Positions 1 through 12,424 of a stretch of DNA of 64,000 nucleotides are shown here, in pieces. The translations under genes were made by a program, and so were the position numbers. The notes under the pieces are model-generated. The model ran no database searches. It saw nothing but the letters and a program-made list of their open reading frames with translations, and was not told the DNA's origin. Each line of letters opens with the position of its first letter. Position 1 is the first letter of the stretch. The DNA comes from Leucoraja erinacea (Eukaryota), in the NCBI RefSeq assembly GCF_028641065.1, contig NC_073385.1, forward strand, positions 60,698,001 through 60,762,000, in the 5' to 3' direction.

Positions 1-3000
1 CCAAACCCGTTTCTGGCTAGGCCTTTGCTCCACTGTTGAAAATGTTTTTGAGTGTACGAGAGCTTGGCCTATTGCATTGATATCTTGCTCAGGAGCAGAT
101 GAAACTTCTTTATACTGCTGTTTATCAATGGCTAGAGAGTGGACTGCATTAGACTTCCAGCAGCAAGATGGTTTCACCCCATCCAATGTTTTGCTTTCTA
201 CTTCAGCACAATCAGAAACCTGCATTTTATATGTTTGTTCCTCAGGGTCATCATTAGGCTCAAGTATATTTGACCTCTCAAGATCTTCTGATTTGTACTT
301 TACATTCAGATGTGAATCAGAGCAGAGATGTTCTACTGTTGATTTTACTACATTTTGATGGTTTGAATTTACAATTCTGCACGGATTTCTTCTACTAGGC
401 AGTTTCGGAAGGATTTGAGACATAAGTGTGTCCTTAACAAGTGAATGTTGTTTTGGGAAACAAGGCCTTGCATTAAGTGTTTGACAATCAGCAGGGACAT
501 TACCATCCACTTGAGTGTTTTCTAACGCAGTGTTTGAAGTTATATTGTTCATGCAATTCATTTTTAGAAGAGATGACACATTAGGTAGACTTGACTTTCT
601 GGATGCATTGCATTCATCTTTGTTTTTTGTTGTACCTGCAGATTCAGTTCCGGTCCCACAAGCAGAACATTCAGTAACCTGATATTGAACAAACTCTCCA
701 GAGGCTGCTTCCCTAGTCTGATCAATGAGTGCTTTCTGCTGGACTTCAAGGTCTTTGAGTGTTACGGAAGTGAGAGAATTCTCTATGGAAGGAACAGATT
801 GCGTGGCTCCCTTTAGATTACTTTTTTCATGACGTTCAGTTATGCACATTGAATCAGCATCCAAATTGCTTTGAATGTTACAACTGCCATTTTCCATTTG
901 GTTACTAAGGTAATTTTGCCCCTTTTCATGCATCATTGTGGATTTACCAGATTCATCGTGCCTCCTGTGAACAGGCAGCTTGTCACCTGTTGAAATCAAT
1001 GCTACCTGATCAGACACCATGCTTTTTGTATTGGAATATGACAAAACAGATCGAACAGAATTTGAATTCAAGGTCATTTTAGCAGAACAAAATGCTCCAT
1101 TTGCAACTGTCCCAAGGCTTCCACTATTAGCATCAATCGTACAGGATTTAGTCGGGTTCATATTATATGCTTCTGAAAAGATTGTGGACATACCAATAGG
1201 AATGCAACCAGCTGAACCCACTGTTAACTTTACAGCAGGACTTGGACTACCATTTTCAATTGCAACCGAAAGGCTTCTGTTAATATCTGTGTCATTTGTT
1301 TCTGAAACCACTTTAGTCTTATCACAAGGAAAGGGTGCACTTGAACTAACTGTGCAAATTGCCACTGACTCGCGACCACCATTGTCAATTCTAACTGTGT
1401 GACTTCTAGCTAAATCCATATCATTTGCCTTGGACAATATCATGGTTTTTTCATTGGATAAGGAAGCCAATTTTGACCCAGGAATACTCATTCTGGAATT
1501 CTTCTTTGTTGGCTGCAATGGTTTATTTGAAACTTGCTCTACACTGCCACTTTCAATTGCATCTGTGTGACATTGCGTGATATCCATGTGATTTTCTTCT
1601 GAAAAAATCAAGGTCTTCTCAAGAGGAACAGATGTACTTGATCCAATCATGCGAATTGGCACTGGCCCAAGACAATTGTCAATATTAAGTGTGTGGCATT
1701 TAGTTAAATCCATATCATTTGTCTCTGAAAACACCACTGTTTTATCATTGGGTAATGATGTCAATATAGATCCAGGAATACTCATTCTGGAATTCTTCTT
1801 TGTTGGCTGCAATGGTTTATTTGAAACTTGCTCTACACTGCCACTTTCAATTGCATCTGTGTGACATTGCGTGATATCCATGTGATTTTCTTCTGAAAAA
1901 ATCAAGGTCTTCTCAAGAGGAACAGATGTACTTGATCCAATCATGCGGATTGGCACTTGCCCAAGACTACAATTGTCAATGTTAAGTGTGTGGCATTTGG
2001 TTAAATCCATATCATTTGTCTCTGAAAACACCATTGTTTTATCATCGGGTAACGATGTCAATATAGATCCAGGAATACTCAGTCTGGCATTCTTCTTTGT
2101 TGGCTGCAATGCTTTACTGGAAACTTGCTCTAGACTGCCACTTTCAATTGCATCTGTGTGACATTGCGTGATATCCATGTGATTTTCTTCTGAAAAAATC
2201 ATGGTCTTCTCAAGAGGAACAGATGTACTTGATCCAATCATGCGGATTGGCACTGGCCCAAGACAATTGTCAATGTTAAGTGTGTGGCATTTGGTTAAAT
2301 CCATATCATTTGTCTCTGAAAACACCATTGTTTTTTCATTGGGTAACGATGTCAATATAGACCCAGGAATACTCAGTCTGGAATTCTTCTTTGTTGGCTG
2401 CAATGGTTTATTTGAAACTTGCTCTACACTGCCACTTTCAATTGCATCTGTGTGACATTGCGTGATATCCATGTGATTTTCTGAAAAAATCATGGTCTTC
2501 TCAAGAGGAACAGATGTACTTGATCCAATCATGCGAATTGGCACTGGCCCAAGACAATTGTCAATGTTAAGTGTGTGGCTTTTAGTTAAATCCATATCAT
2601 TTGTCTCTGAAAACACCATTGTTTTATCATTGGGTAATGATGTCAATATAGATCCAGGAATAGTCAGTCTGGAATTCTTCTTGGTTGACTGCAATGCTTT
2701 ATTTGAAACTTGTCCTAGATGGCCACTTTCAATTGCACCTGTATGACTGTGTGTGATATCCATGTGATTTGCTTCTGAAAATTCCATGGTCTTATCAAGA
2801 GGAACAGATGTACTTGATCCACCTGTGCAGATTGGCACTGGCCCAAGACTACATTGTCAATGTTAAGTGTGTGGCATTTGGTTAAATCCATATCATTTGT
2901 CTCTGAAAACACCATTGTTTTATCATCGGGTAACGATGTCAATATAGATCCAGGAATACTCAGTCTGGAATTCTTCTTTGTTGGCTGCAATGCTTTACTG

Positions 3001-4409
3001 GAAACTTGCTCTACACTGCCACTTTCAATTGCAGCTGTGTGACATTGTGTGATATCCATGTGATTTTCTTCTGAAAAAATCATGGTCTTCTCAAGAGGAA
3101 CAGATGTACTTGATCCAATCATGCGGATTGGCACTGGCCCAAGACAATTGTCAATGTTAAGTGTGTGGCATTTGGTTAAATCCATATCATTTGTCTCTGA
3201 AAACACCATTGTTTTATCATTGGGTAATGATGTCAATATAGATCCAGGAATAGTCAGTCTGGAATTCTTCCTGGTTGACTGCAATGCTTTATTTGAAACT
3301 TGTGCTAGATGGCCACTTTCAATTGCATCTGTATGACTGTGTGTGATATCCATGTGATTTGCTTCTGAAAACACCATGGTCTTCTCAAAAGGAACAAATG
3401 TACTTGAACCAACTGTGCTAATTGGCACTTTCCTGAAACTTGCATTGTCAAATGTACCTGTGTGGTTTTTAGTTATATCCATATCGTTGTCATTTAAAAA
3501 AAGCAATGTTTTGTCAGGATAACCTGACAGAATATCCAGAGATCTTGAGGTCCGTTTAGTTGTACCCGGAGCCTTATTCTGCTTGGATTTCCCCAAGGAT
3601 TCAAAACCCGTGAATGTATGTCGATCAGAACTACTGGATGGCAGTATTGATCTTTCATTTCTTTTAGTTGTGACAACTAGTGGTTGAATTTGATTTGTAA
3701 CGTTCTCTATCATTTGGACACCATTAGGTTCAATAGCATTTCTAGTCACACCTGTAAAAACCTCTCCAAACACAACAGCTTTATCTTGAGGAAGGAACAA
3801 ACTAAGTGATCCTCTATTGTCTAGTTTCTCTGTGTTATTAGGTCCCTTAACTGAATGACAAGTATCAGATTTCTCCAAGACAAGGTTGTTAATTGCAACA
3901 GTGTGGCATCTGATATTCTCCTTATCGTGGTCTGGAAATAATATCATTTTATTGGCATCTAAATTGTCGATAGTGCGGTTTTGGAACATCGAGTTAGTTG
4001 TCAATTCCAGAGCTTTGCAAGGTGAAGTAACAGGAAATGCTGCCTTTTTATATATCTGCTCCTCAAAGCTGGAGCGCATGGATATAATTCTATTCTCTGT
4101 CTCAGTCTGTTTTACTCTACTCAAGAATGATTTAAAATCAATTGTCTTTTGATGTTTGGGAACTGTATTGTGTCTGACAGAACTAAATAACATATCAGAA
4201 ACATCTTCTCCTTTGCCATGACTCGTGTTAGAACTTTGTGGCCATGTAGAATCAACTTCAGCCAAGGAACATCTGAAGTCAATCTTTTTTTGAAATTCTG
4301 CTGTAAATTTTGATTCCGAAGATGTGACTGTTTCTTCACCTCTTCGCACTTCAAGCCCAGAAATGGAGAAGAATTGATGTTTACTGAGAGTTTGAGGATG
4401 TTCACAGCA
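1..4409 (-). CDS. KNL1: KNL1 giant MELT-repeat exon (continues past window start; 1-bp frameshift at ~2852)
   Basis: Acceptor ttttaaacag then CCEHPQ..., in frame with ORF 2715..4349. Contains KI-like motifs KKIDFRCSLAEV and KTIDFKSFLSRVK and repeated DKT(M/L)VFSExNxMD(L/I)TxxHT. A second frame from 2850 was open wherever spot-translated down to position 1 (..QILPKLPSRRNP.., ..SQKRVW), resembling vertebrate KNL1. Confidence 0.95.
1400..3490 (-). repeat. Coding tandem repeat, about 7 x ~294 bp (98 aa), each with an MDIT and an MDLT motif
   Basis: gatatccatgtgatt recurs at ~1580, 1874, 2171, 2465, 2756, 3052, 3346; taaatccatatc recurs at ~1411, 1705, 2003, 2296, 2587, 2883, 3177. Confidence 0.97.
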
Positions 4410-4650
4410 CTGTTTAAAAATTGAAAGTTAAATCACATTTAATCGTATCGTAATAATTAAATCGCATCCTAATTATTTACTAAAAAAAACTCTCCGAATT
4501 GTGATGCTTTTATAATTTCAGTAAACCAGATAATGGCCTTACAAATAAACACTTTCAATCAATTTTGAAATTAAGCTGTGCACATAAATGATTATACCTT
4601 ACGTGTCCTCATAAAGTGAATGCAAAAAAGCCTTACATTCCACAAATTAC

Positions 4651-4700
4651 CTCTGACTGTAGAGACGTTCGGAGAGGCGCATGAAGCAGTGCATCCATAC
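4651..4700 (-). CDS. KNL1: KNL1 coding exon (GMDALLHAPLRTSLQSE)
   Basis: ag|...|gtaatt boundaries, 50 nt, phases compatible; resembles human GMNTLLSAPI. Confidence 0.9.
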
Positions 4701-4949
4701 CTTTGTATAGACAAAAAAAATCTGTCAATACTGCATTAACCCTTTATAGGTTCATCCAGTTTTGTAAAATCATACATCAACTTTGCTTTAACAAACATTT
4801 GTTTATAACATAATTCAAAGGATATTGCCTCTGCATCTCCCTTGAAATAAAATGCATAGAATCACCTTACCATGGTGTTAAAATGCTCTCTGAGACACTG
4901 TGCTCAAAACAATACAGCATAATCTGAACCAATTCTTTGAGATGGGAAA

Positions 4950-6545
4950 AATATTTGGGCGAGCAGAAATGTTACAACAGTTTAAAAAAGGGATGGTAAA
5001 GGATGCTCAATCGCTCGAGTCGATTACTAAAGATGTAAAAGCAGCACATTTGGAAAGTAGTGACAGGATCGATGAAAGTCAGCATGGATTTATGAAGTGG
5101 AAATCATGCTTGACTAATCTTCTGGAATTTTTTTGAGGATATAACAAGTAGAATGGATAAGGGAGAGCCAGTGGATGTGGTATATCTGTATTTTGAAAAA
5201 ACCTTTAACAAGGTCCCACACAAGAGATTAGTGTGCAAAATAAAGGGTCTGTCCCACTTTCACCACCTCTGCCGAGTTTGCCCTCGACTCATACTCGTAG
5301 CATGGTCGTCACGAGGTCGTAGGTAGGTCATAGTTAGGTCGTGATGCTAGTCGTAGGTACTTAGTGGCATCAAGTAGGTCGGGGCGCTTTTCTAGCCTGA
5401 TGAAAAATGTCCACAAGTTAAAAAGGGCGTGAAAGTGGGACAGACCCTTTAAAGCACATGGTATTGGGGGCAGGGTATTGACATGGACAGAGAACTGGTT
5501 GGCAGACAGGAAGCATAGAGTAGGGTCCTTTTCAGAATGGCAGGCAGTGACCAGTGGGGTACCGCAAGGGTTGGTGCTGGGACCCCAGTTATTTACAATA
5601 TATATTAATGATTTAGACGAGGGAATTAAATGTAACATCTCCAAGTTTACGGATGACACAAAGCAGGGTGGCAATGATAGCTGCGAGGAGGATGCTATGA
5701 GGCGGCAGGGTGACTTGGATAGGTTGGGTGAGTGGGTAGATGCATGGCAGTAATAATGTGGATAAATGTGAGGTTATCCACTTTGGTGGCAAGAACAGAA
5801 AGGCAGATTATTATCTGAATGTTGTAAGATTGGGAAAAGGGGAGGTGACAACTGAGTGTGCTTGTACATCAGTTATTGAAAGTAAGCATGCAGTTACAGC
5901 AGGCAGTGAAGGGAGCTAACGGCATGTTGGCCTTCATTACAAAACGATTTGAATTTAGGAGCAAGGAGGTCCTACTGCAGTTGTACAAGCCCCTGGTGAG
6001 ACCATGACTGGAGTATTGTGTGCAATTTTGGTTTTCTAATTTGAGGAAGGGCATTATTGCTATTGAGTGAGTGCAGCGTAGGCTCCCGGGATAGCAGGAC
6101 AAGCATATAATGAAAGAATGGGTCGACTGGGCTTGTATTCATGGAATTTAGAAAGATGAGAGGGGATCTTATAGAAATATATAACTTCTTAAAGGATTGG
6201 ACAGGCAAGATGAAGGAAAAATGTTCCCAATGTTGGGGAAGTCCAGAACCAGGGGGTCACAGTTTAAGATTAAGGGGAAGGCTATTTAAGACTGAGATGA
6301 GAAAAACGTTTTTCACCTAGAGAGTTGTGAATCTGTGGAATTCTCTGCCACAGAAGGCAGTGGAGGCCAATTTACTGGATGTTTACAAGAGAGATTTAGC
6401 TCTTAGGGCTAAAGAAATTAAGGGTTATGGGGGAAAAAACAGGTACGAGGTACTGATTTTGGATGATCAGCCATGATCATATGGAATGGTGGTACTGGCT
6501 CGAAGGGCTGAATGGTCTACTCCCGCACCAATTTTTCTATGTTTT
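4950..6545 (+). mobile_element. CR1/HER1-like LINE, 3' part, degenerate RT
   Basis: QHGFMKWKSCLTNLLEFF, GVPQGLVLGPQLFTIYINDLD, FTDDTK; 3' UTR gatgatcagccatgatc...tttctatgt; stops and frameshifts. Confidence 0.9.
5243..5449. mobile_element. MITE with AAGGGTCTGTCCCACTTTCAC TIRs inserted in the CR1
   Basis: Perfect ~21-bp TIRs with TA on both sides; CR1 sequence resumes across the insertion. Confidence 0.85.
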
Positions 6546-6985
6546 TGTTAGGTTTCATAAAGGGCTATTTGGAGAAGCAATTAGTGCAACAAAGCCATGA
6601 CCCTGAATGTTAAATGGACAATGACAGATTCTCATTTCAAATACAGGGAAAGGTGTCTTGCGGGCAATTGGATTTGACGACAGCCAGGAATCAAAAAAAG
6701 TCAATATAAATCAAAACAGCAAGGAGGATAGTTGACAGGAAGTGCGACCTAACGCATTCCAACGCAAAAATGGACAAACACTTTGAATCAAGGGCAGCGC
6801 AAAATAGAAATCAAAGAATGTTTAAGAAAAAATAGGTTAAATTATTTCTTATTGTTCCTTTATTCAGTTCTGGGTAGCTCTCCATTTTGTGAGAAACATT
6901 TATTAATTGATTGTTTAAAAAGTGAGGCATTGTAACAAAAATAATACAAGTATAATCGGCGAAGGGAGAGAATATTTTTACTAAC

Positions 6986-7023
6986 CAGCAATCTTGCAAT
7001 TTGTATCTTGTGGCATCATATCT
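6986..7023 (-). CDS. KNL1: KNL1 coding exon (DMMPQDTNCKIA)
   Basis: tttatttcag|...|gttagt, 38 nt; supplies the phase 2 to 1 change needed for the next exon. Confidence 0.8.
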
Positions 7024-7611
7024 CTGAAATAAAAACAAGCTCGTGTTGTTTGACGTTACACATGTTCAAGTATATTTTTTCAGCAGATTCAATCTTAGCC
7101 ACAGTTGCTGTACAGGAGAAAATTTCCAATGTTCTTAAAATTTTAAACTGTAAAATTTGTACAAAGCCAAATGCAGGCAACTCAAATGTAAAATAATAAA
7201 AACCCATCACCACTTTCACTACGGTATATTCATCGCTAAGGACACAGGAGATAGGCAGTCTCCAGGTTCGAAGAAAATAGAAGCCAAGGGAACATCCAAA
7301 AGTACAGCTGTATTACTAACGGAGCCAACATGAAAGACTCATCTGCGTAGTACTTGGTTTAGCCCAGGTATTTGAAAGTATTTTAGAGCTCTTAAGAGTA
7401 AATTGCTGCACACCAAAGAAAAAGAAGAATTGGCGATTGGCGAATTAGACTTTGCGGTTACTCAAATATATATATTCCCTACTGAGCAACACTGTGAGAG
7501 ACAGAATGCCTTCAAACTAATTGCAGCGGTTTAAGAAAACAGCTCACTGATTCATGGAGAGTTAGGGATGAGCAACAATTGGCACCTGTAATGGAATAAC
7601 AATTCAATTAC

Positions 7612-7651
7612 CTTCCCAACTCTTCCTGCAGATTATCTTTATCACCGTCTC
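7612..7651 (-). CDS. KNL1: KNL1 coding exon (DGDKDNLQEELG)
   Basis: tttttag|...|gtaatt, 40 nt, phase-compatible with neighbours. Confidence 0.75.
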
Positions 7652-7798
7652 CTAAAAATGAACAAAATTTAAAATGAATTACAAATAAAAACATTATGCT
7701 TACTTTAAACAATTTGAAAAAAATCCTTTAAGTTTATATTCAAATAGCACCCCCGTTTTCATTCTCCCAGAACTCTTGCCATAAAAAAAATCACGTAC

Positions 7799-7896
7799 TT
7801 GTATTATAAGTCTCCATGTTTTGTTTGCACTGTAATGTGCTGATCATTTCATCATCTTCCTCATCAGCTTGTATTATTTTATCAGTCACAAACTCT
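7799..7896 (-). CDS. KNL1: KNL1 coding exon (EFVTDKIIQADEEDDEM...)
   Basis: cccttcag|...|gtacgt, 98 nt; continues the RVSFAETKEIK exon in frame. Confidence 0.85.
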
Positions 7897-8824
7897 CTGA
7901 AGGGAAAAGACAATAAAAAAAAAATTGTGCTTACTAATCATTGTTTTCAATATTTGTCCCTTTGATCCATTTCCAAAGGTCAGTGCTTTCCAATATTCCC
8001 ACTGTGGGAAGCATTGTAGTTCAGGTCTGCAAAAACTTTGACTCATCTGGAAAATCTTCCACCTTGTGCCCTGCTGCAAACAACAAGTCTCAAAAACATT
8101 TTTTTTAAATGTGGGCTTCTTGGTCTTGCTGCAGTCCTTCTGTTAAACGTGCTTTGTCTTGTTTGGTAGAGTGTTCCAGGATTTTGGTCCAATTATAATG
8201 CAGACTCAGTGATGCACTCCCAAACTGGAATGTCTGACCTGCAGGGCAAACTGTTCAGAATGGCGTGCCCATGTGACCGCTGCCTCCTCTGAATTGATGA
8301 TTTAAATTGTAGGTTTGCAAAATACTGTTAGAATATTATATTCAAGATCAACTGTCAAGATAAATAAATGCTGTGTACTAGTGGCGAGGGATTGCATGTT
8401 TAGGATAATTGACGGGGTACCAATCAAATGTGTGCTTAGTCCTAAATGATGTCAAACTACTCGAGTTGTTGGCAATGTCCTCAGCCATGTCAGTGATTAG
8501 CAACTCATTATTCTTAATGTATCAAGCAGATTGTGAAATAGCTATTTGGTATCTAGAGATGAGTTATTCATTGCACAACCTGCTTTTCTACCACATTATA
8601 TACAGTGCTGTGGTGCGTGGGTCTCAAAAAGGAAGAGAGGAGTCAAGTATTTTGAGAGGCACCTTCAATTATGTTCCTCCCAGTTGTAGGGAAGTCCAAA
8701 AGAGAGAGAGATGGCACCCAAACCCCTGCCTTTAAACCCTCTGGTTAAGGGCTGCCTCCGGACTGAACCACTCCCGTGCCAAGGGGTTCGACAGTTATGA
8801 TGGCGCGACCCTTGGGAGCCGCCA

Positions 8825-10189
8825 CAGTGCATTCAAAAAATATTCAGACCCCTTCACTTTTTCCACATTTTGTTACATTACAGCCTTATTTTAAAATGGA
8901 TTAAAACATTTTTTTTTAAATCAATCTGCACACAAAACCCCAGAATGAAGAAGTGAAAACAGGTGTTTAGAAATTTTTGAAAATTAAAAAGAAATAACTG
9001 AAATATCACATTTACATAAGTACTCAGACCCTTTGCTATGGCACTCAAAATTGTGTCGGATTGTCGGACAGGATTGTGTCAAGACACAGGTCTGGGAAAG
9101 GGTATAAAACAATTTTTGCAGCATTGCAGGTCCCGAAGAGCCCAGTGGCCTCCGTCATTCTTAAATGGAAGAACTTTGGAACCACCAGGACTTTTCAGAG
9201 AGCTACCCTCCCAGCCGAACTGAGCAATCGGGGAGAAGGGCCTTGGTCAGGGAGGTGACCAAGAACCCAGTGGTCTCTCTGACGGAGCTCCAAAGTTCCT
9301 CTGGGGAGATGGGAGAACTTTCCAGAAGGCTACTATATCTGCAGCACTCCACCAATCAGTTCTTTATGACAGAGTGGCCAGACTGAAGTCACTCCTCAGT
9401 AAAAGGCACATGACAGCCCGCTTGGAGTTTGCCAAAAGGCACCTAAAGGACTCTCAGACCATGAGAAACAAGATTCTCTGGTCTGATTAAACCAAGCTTG
9501 AACTCTTTGGCCTGAATGCCAAGCGTCACATCTGGAGGAAACCAGGCACTGCTCATCACCTGGCCAATACCATACCGCATCATGCTGTGGGGATGTTTTT
9601 CAGCTGCAGGAACTGGGAGACTATTCAGGATCAAGGGGAAAATGAATGGAGCAAAGTACAGAGAGATCCTTGATGAAAACCTGCTCCAGAGCATTCTGGA
9701 CCTCAGACTGGGGCGAAGGTTCACCTTCCAACAGGACAATGACCCTAAGCACACAGCCATGACAACGCAGGAGTGGCTTCGTGACAAGTCTGTGAATGTC
9801 CTTGAATGGTCCAGCCAGAGCTCGGACTTGAACCGATCGAACATCTCTGGAGGGTCCAGAAAATAGCTGTGCATCGACGCTCCCCATCCAACCTGCAGAG
9901 CTTGAAGGATGGTAGAAATTACCCAAATATGGGTGTGCCAAGCTTGTAGCATCATACCTAAGAAGACTGGAGGCTACAATCGCTGCCAAAGGTGCCTCAA
10001 CTAAGTACTGAGTAACGGGTCAGAATACTTAAGAAAATGTGATTTCAGTTATTTTGTTTAAATAAGTTTGCAAAACATTGTGTAGATTGATGATGGAAAA
10101 AATAATATTTTAAACCATTTTAGAATAAGGCTATAACATAACAAAATGTGGAAATAGTGAAGAGGTCTGAATACTTTCTGAATGCACTG
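8825..10189 (+). mobile_element. Tc1-family (IR/DR type) DNA transposon with decayed transposase
   Basis: TIRs CAGTGCATTCA...TGAATGCACTG of ~200 bp, inner repeats at ~9018 and ~10014; [25 protein letters not shown]; stop after WSD and internal deletions. Confidence 0.92.
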
Positions 10190-10849
10190 TATGTGGCTGG
10201 TGCAGTTGATTCTGGCCATGGGAAAAAGTTAGTGATGATGATTCCATTGAATGTCAAGAGTAGGTGGACAAGACAAGATCCTGCCACTTCTCAACCCATG
10301 TTTGAGTGCTGTCCAGGTATTTCTGCATGCAAACATGAGTTGCTTCTTTGGCTGAGAAGTTGGGAGTGAAAGTTAGCCTTTTGCAGTTTTCAGTGAGCCT
10401 TCCCACTTATGTCCTTATGTTGGAAGGCAGGTCATTATTGAAGCAGCTGAAAATGGTTAGTCCAGGATTATTTGTTGCCTCACTTAATCAACTGTTGCTT
10501 TGATATCAAGATCATCTGCCTTTGCATTGCCTGTGGAGTTGTGCCCTTTCGTTCATATTTGTATCAAGAATGTGGTATGGTTTGGAGCCAAGTAAACCTG
10601 TTTAAATCCAAACCAGGCATAGGTGAGCATCTCATCGATAAGTGCCGTCACTTTATTAATGATTGCGAGTAGACTAATCGGGTGGTAATAATAGTAAAAT
10701 GATTAAATTTTACCCCTCCATTTCTACCTATATAATATCAAAGACAGTTTTAGAACAAAAAATTGTCAAAATGCAAGCGGAGTGCTGGAACTACATTCCA
10801 AAACTTTCCACCACTTGTGCGAAACTCACTTATAAAGGTATAATTCATC

Positions 10850-11520
10850 GGTAGACAAAAATGCTGGAGAAACTCAGCGGGTGAAACAGCATCTATGCAG
10901 AGAAGGAATAGGCGATGTTTCGGGTCATGACTGATGGGGGGGGCCTAAGGGCCTGTCCCACTTGGGTGTCATTTACGCGACACCCTAAAAATTGGTTGGC
11001 GCGTCATGACGCGCGATAAAGCGTGGTGGTGTATGCGGTGACGCACGGTGCCCCAGGATTTTGGAATGCTCAAAACTCCTCGCGTGCCACCTGCGTGTCG
11101 TATCCCTTGCGCACACTGAAGTACTGACGGCGTACGTGTAGCACGTGGTGACGCATGAACATTGCCTATGCTAATTCATTATGCGTCACCGTGGGTCAAT
11201 GTCCGTAACCATGCGCCACCCGTACGCCGTCGACGCGCCATTTGAGCGCCACACCACGTGACCACCCTGGTATAAAGTGAGCGTAGTTTTAAAAAAATTC
11301 ACTGGGAAAATCCTTGCCACGGAGATCGGACTAAGTACAAACGACAGCGCAAATGGGTCCCAAAAGAAGCAGGGCTCTCAACAGCAGCTGGCGCGCGACT
11401 GTCGTACTGCTAGACGATTTTCACGCGACAATCACTACCGGCCTGTCGCGTAAATGATGCACAAATGACACAAGTGGGGCAAGCCCTTAAATGCGAACTG
11501 AGCGGAGAGGTGTTGGGCAA
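10850..11520 (-). mobile_element. Penelope-like fragment interrupted by a CTGTCCCACT-TIR MITE (10948-11487)
   Basis: gacaaaaatgctggagaaactcagcggg terminus; MITE ends AGGGCCTGTCCCACTTG / CAAGTGGGGCAAGCCCT flanked by TA. Confidence 0.75.
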
Positions 11521-11539
11521 AGGTATAATTCATACTAAC

Positions 11540-11607
11540 TTAATTTCTTTAGTCTCGGCAAAACTGACTCTTCGAGAGCTCCTGCGGAATTTTCCAACGG
11601 GCTCCAA
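11540..11607 (-). CDS. KNL1: KNL1 coding exon with RVSF PP1-binding motif
   Basis: tttttag|LEPVGKFRRSSRRVSFAETKEIK|gttagt, 68 nt. Confidence 0.95.
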
Positions 11608-12016
11608 CTAAAAATTAGAATAAATAGAAAATTGATTAGATTCTCAAATTTGCAACACCTTAGTTTTGGGTTCCTGATGCGAAACATATCAACAGTCTTA
11701 ACAATCTGAAAACATTTCCCTTGTTCTTAATGTAAAACAAATATCACCAAAGGCACATTTTCAAAATGTTATTCTATGCCAAATGCGCAATAACAAATAA
11801 GATGAGATGAAATATATTTGCATCTCAATGTGTGCTTTGTCCACTATAGGCTGATTTCAGCATTGTTCCCATTCCCTACATTTTTTACTTTCAATTTACT
11901 TGATACATATTGGGTCAGCATTTCTTGCAGTAAAATGCATCTACTAAATCATCCATAATGCAACAATTTTGCATTACTAAACAGCTCTACAATATTTCTG
12001 GAATAAATATGATTAC

Positions 12017-12076
12017 CTTTTGGCTGATATCAGTTTCTTTTAAAGTTCTGAGTGGACTTCGGGAAGCTTTTAAGAT
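12017..12076 (-). CDS. KNL1: KNL1 coding exon (ILKASRSPLRTLKETDISQK)
   Basis: cccaag|...|gtaatc, 60 nt; resembles human ILKPPRSPL. Confidence 0.93.
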
Positions 12077-12424
12077 CTTGGGAGAGATGACGGAAAAGGG
12101 AATAAACATTAGAGAAAGGGTTAATATTATTTGCTGGATTCTAGCAAAGGTTAGCAATTTCAAGCATTGTTGTAGGTTAAACAGAGGTGCCTGGTAAACA
12201 CACATCTTTGTACAAATAATTCATCCTGGTGCAACTGCAAATTGACAATTAACTCAGTTAGGAACATCAAGAGAAGAATAGAATTTGTGCTGGGTAGTAG
12301 TCCTATTAAAGTTAATTATGTATAAATGAATGCTTGCAGATGTCCAGGACTGAAAGTGTGGACTGTGCATTGTGGCATCACAGGCAGAACAAGTACATCC
12401 ACGTACAAATTAATTGAATCACGG

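Noticed and set aside
1019-3336. Repeated plus-strand ORFs (MVFSRGTDVLDP...)
   Set aside because: Antisense shadows of the KNL1 MELT repeat; the conserved motifs are on the minus strand
1400-3490. Regular repeat array as CRISPR or satellite
   Set aside because: No unique spacers; unit lengths near multiples of 3 encode KNL1 motifs in a eukaryotic exon
10712-10728. Possible KNL1 micro-exon (tatag|gtagaaatggagg|gtaaaa)
   Set aside because: Would introduce an in-frame TAG after the RVSF exon and is not needed for phase
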